From NCBI GenBank assembly GCA_965206595.1, contig OZ242214.1, positions 3,872,001-3,936,000 on the forward strand: a DNA stretch of 64,000 nucleotides. The letters are read 5' to 3'. The first letter of the stretch is position 1. Every line of letters begins with the position of its first letter. A model generated the notes under the pieces. The model saw nothing but the letters and a program-made list of their open reading frames with translations. It was not told the origin of the DNA and did no database searches. Both the position numbers and the translations under genes were made by a program. This stretch comes from Candidatus Latescibacterota bacterium (lineage in GTDB: Bacteria > Latescibacterota > UBA2968 > UBA8231). Below, one piece after another: positions 1-8,354 of the stretch.

Positions 1-1
1 C

Positions 2-340
2 GCCCTCGTCGAGGAACACGCCGACAGCGTCATCGCAGTGCTCAGCGGCCACCTTCACGTCACCGGGCTGGTCTGCAGGCATTCGATCTTTCACATAACG
101 GTATCCGGCACCGCTTCGTTTCCCAGCGACTACGCTGTCTACTCCGTGTTCGAGGACCGCATCGAGGTGGAGGCGAAACAGCTGCCCCTCGAGCTCCTCG
201 ACCGGGTCACCGACCTGCACGCAGCCGGGCGCCACGGAGTCGACCTGGCCGACGACGTCCACCCCACCCATGCCGAGTACGTGATGGGCACCTACGACGA
301 GCGCCGCTTCGCCATGCCGATGAAACGGCCGCAGGCGTGA
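2..340 (+). CDS. Calcineurin-like metallophosphoesterase, C-terminal part (5' end outside the window)
   Basis: Frame is open from base 2 (ALVEEHADSVIAVLSGHLH). GHxH is the last metal-binding motif of the family. The stop overlaps the next gene's GTG (GTGA). Confidence 0.7.
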   Translation, partial: ALVEEHADSVIAVLSGHLHVTGLVCRHSIFHITVSGTASFPSDYAVYSVFEDRIEVEAKQLPLELLDRVTDLHAAGRHGVDLADDVHPTHAEYVMGTYDERRFAMPMKRPQA

Positions 341-2529
341 CGAAAGCGCTCGCGGGCAGGTTGCGGCCAGTCCTGGCCGCGGGGCTGTTTCTCCTTCCTT
401 CCCTTTCCGAGGCGGCAGCCGTCCCTTCCGCCGCGGGCGCTGCCCCGTCCGACACCACGGCCGTTGATTCAGAAACCCCCGTTCAGTTGCCCGCGGTGGA
501 GGTCACCGCCACCCGGGTGCCGTCGCCGCTGCAGGAGGTCCCGTTCAGCGTCGACCGGCTCGGCGCCGGCTCCTTTCGCGGAGAACCCGGGGTCTCCCTC
601 GACGAAGCCCTGCGGCAGCTTCCCGGAGTCGCGGTGAGCGACCGCGGCAACCTGTCGCAGGGGGACCGCGTCTCGATCCGCGGCATCGGCAGCCGCGCCA
701 GCTTCGGCGTGCGCGGCATCCGCGTCCTGCTGGACGACGTGCCCCTGACCATGCCGGACGGCCAGTCGCAGCTCAACAACCTCGACCTCCACGCCATCGG
801 GGAGGCCGAGGTGCTGCGCGGGCCGAGCTCCTGGCTCTACGGCAACGCCGCCGGAGGGGTCATCCATTTCCGCACCCGCCCCGCGGCCGCCGCGGCCGGT
901 TTCGAGCCGGGGGTGATCGTCGGCTCGGACGGCATGAGACAGGTGCGGGCGTCCGCTGATTTCTCGCCCTCCGGGCACGCTCTCCTTCTCAGCGCCGGCC
1001 AGCTGGAGCGGGAGGGGTACCGCGATCACGCAAGCGGCCTCTGGCGGCGCTTCAATTTCGCCGGCACCCACCCGGTCACCGGGTCGGTCGCGGTAACCTC
1101 GGTTTTCAATTTCGTCGACGCCCCCTACCTGCTGAATCCGAGCTCCCTGTCCCGCGAGGCCGCGGACAGCGACCCGCGCAGCGCCCGCTTCTTCGTTCGC
1201 TCCCAGGGCGCCTCCAAGCGGTTGCGACAGGGCCAGGGGGGGTTGACGCTGACCGCGGCCCGAGGCCGCAGCCATCTGCAGCTCACCCTCTACGGCCTGG
1301 CGCGCTCCCTCGACAACCCGATTCCCGGCCGCATCATCGAGCTCGACCGCCGCGGCGGCGGGGTGCGCTCGACCCTCACCCGGCCCCTGCGCCTGGCCGG
1401 CAGGGAGGCGCGCCTGACGGCAGGGGTCGACATCGAAGGCCAGTGGGACGAGCGCGCCGAGTTCGCCAACGAGGGGTTGCCGGAGGAGCGGATCGACGCC
1501 CTGCCTGCCTCCGAGGTGCTCGACGCCGTCGTCTACGGAGAGCGCTCGCTGCTGCAGGACGAGCAGGTGACCGGCCTCGGACCGTTCGCCGCCTTCGACC
1601 TCAAGCTGTCTCCGCGCTTGACCCTGTCGGCAGGCGGCCGTTTCGACCGCTACCGGTTCGAAGCCGGGGACCGCCACCTCGCCGACGGCAGCGACGACAG
1701 CGGGGAACGCACCATGAGCCGGTTCAGCCCCGCCATCGGGGTCGCCTTCTCCCCCCGGGAGCAGGTCACCGCCTTCGCCAACTACGCCACCGCCTTCCAG
1801 ACCCCGACCACCGTCGAGCTGAACAACCGCCCCGGTGGGGCCGGCGGCTTCAACCCCGACCTCGACCCGGAGCTGCTGCGCAGCCTGGAGGCCGGGCTCA
1901 GGGGAGCGTGGACCCGGCCGTCACTGGAGTACTCCCTGGCGCTCTTCCGCTTCACCCTCGACGACATGCTGATCCCGTATCAGCTCGCCGGCAGCGACGA
2001 GATCTTCTACCGCAACGCCGGACGCACGGGCAACCGCGGCCTGGAGACGCGGTTCTCCTGGACGCCGCGGCCGCGGTGGAGGCTTTCGCTGAGCTACTCG
2101 TTCGGCGACTTCACCTTCGAGGAGTTCGCCGTCGAGAGAGACGGGAAACCGGTGCAGCTCGCCGGCAACCAGGTGCCCGGGGCGCCGCGCCACCAGCTCT
2201 GGTCGCAGCTGGAGTACCGCCTCTCCGCATTCACGGGCGGGCTCGAGCTGCGCCGGGTAGGGGAGTATTTCGCCAACGATTTCAACGGGCCGCCCCCGGG
2301 AGTCGACAAGCCTCGGGGCGACTACGTCAACCTCGCCTTCACCACCCTCGATCTCCGCTTCGCGCTGCGGTCGCGGTGGCCTCGCCCCCTGGAGCTGTTC
2401 GCCGGCGCCGGCAATCTCCTCGACGCCGCCTACAGCGGCTCGGTGGTGCCCAACGCCTTCGGCGACCGCTTCTTCGAGCCGGCCCCCGGGCGTTCCGCTG
2501 ACGCCGGGCTCTCGCTCCTGTTTGACTGA
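337..2529 (+). CDS. TonB-dependent outer-membrane receptor
   Basis: Signal peptide, TonB-box-like VEVTATR, plug motifs SIRGIG and EVLRGPSSWLYGNAAGGVI, barrel ending in NLLDAAY...PGRS...LLFD. Confidence 0.93.
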   Translation: MTKALAGRLRPVLAAGLFLLPSLSEAAAVPSAAGAAPSDTTAVDSETPVQLPAVEVTATRVPSPLQEVPFSVDRLGAGSFRGEPGVSLDEALRQLPGVAVSDRGNLSQGDRVSIRGIGSRASFGVRGIRVLLDDVPLTMPDGQSQLNNLDLHAIGEAEVLRGPSSWLYGNAAGGVIHFRTRPAAAAAGFEPGVIVGSDGMRQVRASADFSPSGHALLLSAGQLEREGYRDHASGLWRRFNFAGTHPVTGSVAVTSVFNFVDAPYLLNPSSLSREAADSDPRSARFFVRSQGASKRLRQGQGGLTLTAARGRSHLQLTLYGLARSLDNPIPGRIIELDRRGGGVRSTLTRPLRLAGREARLTAGVDIEGQWDERAEFANEGLPEERIDALPASEVLDAVVYGERSLLQDEQVTGLGPFAAFDLKLSPRLTLSAGGRFDRYRFEAGDRHLADGSDDSGERTMSRFSPAIGVAFSPREQVTAFANYATAFQTPTTVELNNRPGGAGGFNPDLDPELLRSLEAGLRGAWTRPSLEYSLALFRFTLDDMLIPYQLAGSDEIFYRNAGRTGNRGLETRFSWTPRPRWRLSLSYSFGDFTFEEFAVERDGKPVQLAGNQVPGAPRHQLWSQLEYRLSAFTGGLELRRVGEYFANDFNGPPPGVDKPRGDYVNLAFTTLDLRFALRSRWPRPLELFAGAGNLLDAAYSGSVVPNAFGDRFFEPAPGRSADAGLSLLFD

Positions 2530-3497
2530 GCCTCGGCACCTTCCGCCTTGCGCAGGCGGGCGACGAAGAACCCCTCCATGACGCCGTCGGGCCAGATCCG
2601 CAGGGCCCGCTTCAGGCCCGGGTCCAGCTCCTTCTTGCGCCAGCGCGTGATTCCCGCGGACCCGGAGGCCAGCGCAAGCTCGATCCCCTCCAGGCGCAGG
2701 CAGCCGAAGCGCCGCAGGGCCCACTCGACGACGAGCTCGTTCTCTTCCGGGGCGAAGGTGCAGGTGCAGTAGACGAGCAGACCGCCCGGCCTCAGGGCCC
2801 GGACCGCGGAGTAGAGCAGCCGCCTCTGCCGGCGGCCCATCTCCCCGATCTTCCTCCCGCTCCAGCGCGCCAACGGCCGGGGGTCCGTTGTCGTGAAGCG
2901 GCCCTCCCCGGTGCAGGGGGCGTCGAGGAGGACGCGGTCGAAATGCTCCGGCCGCACCCTCCAGACCCCGGCCCCGTCCCTGTGGTAGGTGTCGGCGTTC
3001 TCCACTCCGAGCTGCTCGAGGGTACCCCGCAGGCGGAAGAAGCGCGGCCGCGACGATTCCACCGCGGCGATGCGGCCGCTGTTTCCCATCAGGGCGGCGA
3101 TGTGGGAGGTCTTGCCGCCGGGTGCCGCGGCGAGGTCGAGCACCTCTTCCCCTGCCCGCGGATCGAGCGCCAGGGCTGGGATCATGCTCGAGGGGTTCTG
3201 GATGAACAGCCGGCCCTCGGCGTTCGCCCGGGTCTCGGTCAGGGCGCGCCGCTGCTCTTCGCCGACCGCGAAGGCGCCGGAGATCCCGGGCACGGGACGC
3301 AGCGCGAACCCCTCGGACTCCAGCTCGGCCTGAAGCGAGGCGGGGTCGGTTTTAAGGCTGTTGCAGCGGAAGGCGGTAGCCCGCTCCCGCTCGAAGGCGG
3401 ACCAGTCGACCTCGACCCCGGCATGGGAGCCGATTTCCGTCAGGCGCTCGACGAAGGCCGGCGGCAGCGCGGTCCCGGATTCGGACAGATTCTCCAT
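2430..3497 (-). CDS. RsmB/RsmF/NOP2-family RNA m5C methyltransferase
   Basis: Motifs QNPSSM, VLDLAAAPGGKT, FDRVLLDAPCTG, YCTCTFAPEENE and GFFVARLRK. Start placed at MENLSES (3497), although the ORF extends to 3740. Confidence 0.9.
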   Translation of the reverse strand: MENLSESGTALPPAFVERLTEIGSHAGVEVDWSAFERERATAFRCNSLKTDPASLQAELESEGFALRPVPGISGAFAVGEEQRRALTETRANAEGRLFIQNPSSMIPALALDPRAGEEVLDLAAAPGGKTSHIAALMGNSGRIAAVESSRPRFFRLRGTLEQLGVENADTYHRDGAGVWRVRPEHFDRVLLDAPCTGEGRFTTTDPRPLARWSGRKIGEMGRRQRRLLYSAVRALRPGGLLVYCTCTFAPEENELVVEWALRRFGCLRLEGIELALASGSAGITRWRKKELDPGLKRALRIWPDGVMEGFFVARLRKAEGAEAQSNRSESPASAERPGAGSKKRSPKALGTTEPL

Positions 3498-3821
3498 GTA
3501 TCTCCATGCCGCCTCCGCCGGATGGACCGGCGCCCGTTTCCCGTTCGACGCCGGGAGCCGCACGGGACGCTCGAGTCCCGGCTGCTCCGGCATGCGTTTC
3601 GGCTGGTCCGTTTGCTGCGGGGCTGGCGTGCTTTCAAGGTCGTCCTCTCCTGCTTTAGGTGCCATGTAACCGCGCTTGGAGTAGTTTGTGCGCGGCACTG
3701 TGTGGGACACCGGAAACCCGGTCGAGGACCTGACACCCACGGCAGGTCCGAGCCCTCACAGGCCGCAGCTTAGGTATATTGCCCGCCCGACTGTACCGGC
3801 TTTGTGCCCGAGGAGAATGAG

Positions 3822-4841
3822 ATGGCGAGGATTCTGCGACAGGCCACCGTCGTGCGTGACGGAAATCACAACGCCTTTACCGATCTTCAGTACTGGCAGG
3901 GATGCTACTGGGTAGCGTACCGCAAGGGCGCGGGACACGTATCCATGGATGGCGCCGCGACCCTTTCCGTGTCCTGCGACCGCACCCGATTTCGCGAAGT
4001 CGCGCACGTTCACACGCCCGGCGACAATCGCGACCCCAAGCTTCTGCCGGTGAGCGAGGACCGGATGGCCCTGTACTTCCCGAGCTGGACACGCGGCTAC
4101 GAGGCCCGGGAACTGCAGCAATACATCACCTTTTCGGGTGACGGACACGATTGGGAGAAACCCGCTCCCATCCTCTCCCCCGGGAACTGGCTCTGGCGCG
4201 TCCGGCGACACGACGATCGCTACTACGGACTGATCCAGAACCTTACCGGGGAGTGGGACCGCGAGGGCATGCCGCACCAGCTCGACCTGGCAGTGAGCGA
4301 CGACCTGCTCGAGTGGGAGGTCATCGCCCGGGTTGGCGAGGAGTACGGGCTGAACGAAAGCGACATTTTCTGGCGGGACGACGGCGAAGCCTGGATCGTC
4401 TCGCGCAGCGTGGTCAGGCACTTCGGCAGCTGCTTCTGCTCGGCGCAGCCGCCCTACACCGAGTGGCAGGTTACCGAGCTGTCGCCGATGGTGCATGCAC
4501 CCGTTTTCCTGCACTGTGAAGGAGAGCTCTATGTCGCCGGCCGCAACATGCCTTCGGTCGAAGGGGACGCCACCTTTCCGTTCAAGTCCGCCAGCGTGGG
4601 CATCTGGCGGGTCCAACGCGAAGAGCTCGTACCCGTCCTGCGCATTCCCGCCACCGGCGATTGCTCCTACCCCGGCATGATCCTGGACCCCGAAGGCCGA
4701 GTCTGCTTGAGCTACCACTCTCAGCACGCATATCACATGGGGGTGCTGCCCCTCCCGTCGCGCGTCCGGCCGCATCCCGACAACGACGCCTCCCTGCTGG
4801 AGGCGGATGACGTGTACTTCGCCGAACTCGAACTGCCGTGA
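3822..4841 (+). CDS. Sialidase/BNR-like beta-propeller protein
   Basis: Motifs HNAFTDL, DNRDPKL, Asp-box-like SGDGHDW and SDDLLEW, and GDCSYPG. AGGAG lies upstream of ATG 3822. Confidence 0.65.
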   Translation: MARILRQATVVRDGNHNAFTDLQYWQGCYWVAYRKGAGHVSMDGAATLSVSCDRTRFREVAHVHTPGDNRDPKLLPVSEDRMALYFPSWTRGYEARELQQYITFSGDGHDWEKPAPILSPGNWLWRVRRHDDRYYGLIQNLTGEWDREGMPHQLDLAVSDDLLEWEVIARVGEEYGLNESDIFWRDDGEAWIVSRSVVRHFGSCFCSAQPPYTEWQVTELSPMVHAPVFLHCEGELYVAGRNMPSVEGDATFPFKSASVGIWRVQREELVPVLRIPATGDCSYPGMILDPEGRVCLSYHSQHAYHMGVLPLPSRVRPHPDNDASLLEADDVYFAELELP

Positions 4842-4917
4842 GCCGCGCACTCACACCACAGCCGCCGGGGATTGAACGACGGCCAGGTCGTCGGCGCCCG
4901 GAAACCGAGCCGGAAAA

Positions 4918-5709
4918 ATGACACCGGAACAACGCTACTGGTTCGATCTGACCGGGTACCTCCACCTGGAGCGGGTACTGCAGGGTGAGGAGCTGGCGCG
5001 GGCCCAGGAGGCCGTGGACCGTTACTTCGACACGCCGCCGGAGAATCTGCCGGAGGGGTACCGGATCTTCGAAAAGGAGTACCATCACGCCATCGGCTTC
5101 GACCCGGCCCTCGACGCCCTCGCCGTGCACCCGAAGACCTGGCCGATCGTCCGCGAGCTCACCAACGGAAGGCCGCAGATGTCGGGCAGCGGGGTCATCT
5201 GCAACAGGCAGGGAGAAGGGGGGCTTTCCCTGCACTGCGCGCGCGAGGACTACGGCTTCGAAGCGACGCGCTACGAGTCCCGCGACGGGCGCGTCTACTG
5301 CAACGACTTCGTCATCTTCTTCTACCTCACCGAAGTACAGCCCGGCGACGGCGGTCTCGTCCTCGTTCCCGGCTCCCACAAGAGCGCCTTCCCGCGGCCG
5401 CAGGAGTCGTTCCACAACGGCGTGATCGGCGACGAGCTTCCCCCCGGGGTCGTCAACCTAACCCCGGCCGCCGGCGACGCCGTCCTCTTCACGGAGCTGA
5501 CCACCCACGGGGTCATCCCCTGGCAGCCGGTGGACCGAGAGCGGCGCATGGTCAACTACCGCTACAAGACCCAGAGCCGCGGCTGGGAGCACCGCTTCAC
5601 CGGCGGCCTGAAGGCCCTGCTGCCGCCGCCGCTGGTCGAGCTCGTCAGCGACGAGGACTACATGCACCGCAAGGAAATCGGCCGCACCGACACCGTCGAG
5701 CTGGGCTGA
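4918..5709 (+). CDS. Phytanoyl-CoA dioxygenase (PhyH)-family Fe(II)/2OG enzyme with an atypical HxA motif
   Basis: N-terminal MTPEQRYWFDLTGYL, DGGLVLVPGSHK, and AGDAVLFTELTTHG...W...ERR. The first metal motif reads LHCA. Confidence 0.85.
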   Translation: MTPEQRYWFDLTGYLHLERVLQGEELARAQEAVDRYFDTPPENLPEGYRIFEKEYHHAIGFDPALDALAVHPKTWPIVRELTNGRPQMSGSGVICNRQGEGGLSLHCAREDYGFEATRYESRDGRVYCNDFVIFFYLTEVQPGDGGLVLVPGSHKSAFPRPQESFHNGVIGDELPPGVVNLTPAAGDAVLFTELTTHGVIPWQPVDRERRMVNYRYKTQSRGWEHRFTGGLKALLPPPLVELVSDEDYMHRKEIGRTDTVELG

Positions 5710-5737
5710 CCCCGCAAACCCGCACCGTCCGTCTCCG

Positions 5738-7393
5738 TTGACGCGACCCAGGTCGCCCTTCACTGCCAAGGGGTTCATCGTCGGGACCGTGTTCTCGGTC
5801 GCGGTGAGCCTGTGCGCGCCGTACGTCGTCTTCGTGCTCCAGGCCTCGGCCATGGGGATCAACAGCTCCTCGCCGGGGGCCATCTTTTTTCTCCTCGTCT
5901 TCGCCGTCAACGCCCTGCTCGGCCTGGTCGGGAGATGCTTCTCCCTCGGCCGGGGGGATCTCGTCCTCGTCTACGCCATGCTGATGATGGCGGTGACCGC
6001 GCCGACCTACAACTTCCTCAACTTCCTCATCGTCATAATCACCGGGCCGTACTACATGGCCACCGCGGAGAACGAGTTCGCCGAGATCTACCACCCCTAC
6101 ATCCCCGACTGGATGGTTCCGCAGGACCGCTACGCGATCTTCCATCTCTACGAAGGCCTGCCCCGCGGCGAGTCGATTCCCTGGGGAGCCTGGATCGAGC
6201 CGCTCGGCCACTGGTTCCCCTTCTACCTCGCGCTGAGCTTCATGATTTCTGCATGGCCGCGATCATGCACCGGCAGTGGTCGCGGCACGAGCGCCTCAGC
6301 TATCCGATGGTGCAGCTGCCGGCGCGCATGCTCGACGGGGCCGACTCCCCCGGCGGCCGCATCCTGCCCTTCTTCAGGAAGAGGGGGATGTGGCTGGGTT
6401 TCGCGATCCCCTTCACGCTTTTCAGCCTCACCGGGCTGAACCACTACTACCCGAGCATACCGGAGTTCCCCTTCTACCTCGGCTGGGTGAACTGGTTTCG
6501 AAGTATCGATGCCTGGGGCGAAGGAATCGCCCTGAGCTACGCCTGGCTCGGCTTCTTCTACCTCGTCGACCTCGACATCTCCTTCAGCATCTGGTTCTTC
6601 TACCTCGTGACTCAAGCTGCAGGGCGGGCTGTTCCGCCGTGTCGGGATCGCCAGCACCGAGCGGCTCAGCTATTTCGAGTACTCGCAGACCGCGGACTTC
6701 TCCCACCAGGCCGCCGGGGCCGTCTTCGTCTTCGTCCTCTACGGCCTGTGGATCGCCCGCCGCCACCTGCGCGACGTCGTCGTCAAGGCCTGGCGGCCCT
6801 CGCAGGGAGTGGACGACAGCGAAGAGCTTATGCCCTACAGGCTGGCCTTCTTCGGCACGATCGGCTCGGGGATCTTCGTCTGCGCCTGGCTCTGGCGGTC
6901 GGGCATTCCGCTGGTCGTCCTGCCGCTCTTCTTCGGCGTCTGCCTCGCGGCAACCTGGATGAACCTGCGCATGGGCTACACCTACGGCGGCAACAACCTC
7001 GGCACCTATCCGGGGTTCGCCTACAGCTGGAACTATCTGCTGTCGTGGATGCACAACCCGACCGCACCCGACCTCCGCGGCTGGGTGTTCACCGGCATCG
7101 GCGGGACCGTGGAAGGGCTCCTGCTCCTGGCGCAGAAGCGCTGGTTCTGGTGGCCACTTCATCCGCTGGGGTTCACCGTCGCCGTCGGCTGGCTCACCAG
7201 CGAGATCTGGTTCCCCGCCTTCCTCGCCTGGGGCCTCAAGGCGGTCATCTTGGGGTATGGCGGGATACGGGTCTACCAGTTCTTCAAGCCGCTCTTCCTC
7301 GGCATGATCCTCGGAGAGGTGAGCGTGGGCGGGTTCTGGGCCGTCGTCGATGCCATCGCCGGGGGCACGGGGAACGTCATCACCTACATGTGA
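5738..7393 (+). pseudogene. DUF6785/DUF6784-like polytopic membrane protein, frameshifted
   Basis: Conserved-looking segments lie in pieces separated by frame changes: IPWGAWIEPL, HRQWSRHERLSYPMVQLP, WWPLHPLG and YQFFKPLFLGMILGE. Frameshifts near 6247 and 6611; possible internal deletion near 6945. Confidence 0.75.
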
Positions 7394-7733
7394 GGGCGGG
7401 GGCCGGCACACTGAGAGAGATAGCCAAGCTCGGAGATCAATCTGCTCCTCGAGGCGTTTGCGCGAGCAATCAAGGCGCTGAACGCACCCACAGGGGCAAA
7501 GGTCCCTGAAGATCGTTTGCAGATCCTTCGGCAGGACTCTCAGTACGGTTAGTTAGGTTGCCGTTGGGCACGTATCCGCCCGGATCAGGATCCACCGCTC
7601 GTCTGCATGAGGACGCCCCGGAAGCCGGCGCCTAGGTCACGGACCTGGACGGGCCAACTCGTCCGCACGCGGACGGCCCCTGTCCAACAATCCGGGACCA
7701 CCTCATACAGCCAAGGCACTCCGCTGCGCTTTG

Positions 7734-8354
7734 TCAGCCCGCTTCTTCACCGAGCGTCTCCAAACAAGTCACCCATGCGTTAAATCGCTTACACTCCTGG
7801 CGTATCTTCGCCAGCGTGATCCATTTTGCCAAGACTGCGCCGTTCACCACCTTCTGGTATGTCGGGATCACTTTTTGGATTCTCTTGCTTGGTGCCGAAG
7901 TGTCGCTGTCGTTAATGTCCTCAGGCGTTACAAACCGATCTCTAATTCTTTTCAGCTGTTGTACGTTCGCGGGAGTCACACTTGGTATCTGCTCGAATGC
8001 TTCCACGTTTGAGAACAATAGCCCCTCAAATTCGTGCCTCTGTACGTATGGGTAGATCTTACAGCCGCCGCTGCTCGGCATCCTGTTCCCGACTTCCGCG
8101 CATACTCGCTGCTCAAGCTTAGCTACAGTCGCACCTTCCTTACCCTGGAATCCATAATAGTCGACCAGCGACGTGACCACGTCGTACGATCTGCATAAAA
8201 GACGCATCTCTCGGGCTATCTTATGCTCATTCACTCCGCCCCCAAGGTTGTGCGCATTCGCCAATACGCCTTTTTGACAAAGATGGCTGGCCAGAATTCG
8301 TTTGACGAACTCCTCTTCGGTCGGCCCCTCCACCAGGATCGCAACCCGGATCAA
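7734..8354 (-). CDS. DUF4276-family (TOPRIM-like) protein
   Basis: Motifs ILVEGPTEEEF, TSLVDYYG, HEFEGLLFS and PEDINDS..SAPSKRI. Likely TTG start at 8354 overlaps the ATPase stop (TTGA). Confidence 0.85.
   Translation of the reverse strand: MIRVAILVEGPTEEEFVKRILASHLCQKGVLANAHNLGGGVNEHKIAREMRLLCRSYDVVTSLVDYYGFQGKEGATVAKLEQRVCAEVGNRMPSSGGCKIYPYVQRHEFEGLLFSNVEAFEQIPSVTPANVQQLKRIRDRFVTPEDINDSDTSAPSKRIQKVIPTYQKVVNGAVLAKWITLAKIRQECKRFNAWVTCLETLGEEAG

Noticed and set aside
2430-2529. 100-bp convergent overlap of the methyltransferase and TonB receptor as functional dual coding
   Set aside because: The overlapping tail lies beyond the last conserved motif and is probably simple run-on in GC-rich DNA.
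7400-7730. Possible ncRNA or gene remnant left of the defence module
   Set aside because: No identifiable motif or convincing structure by eye.
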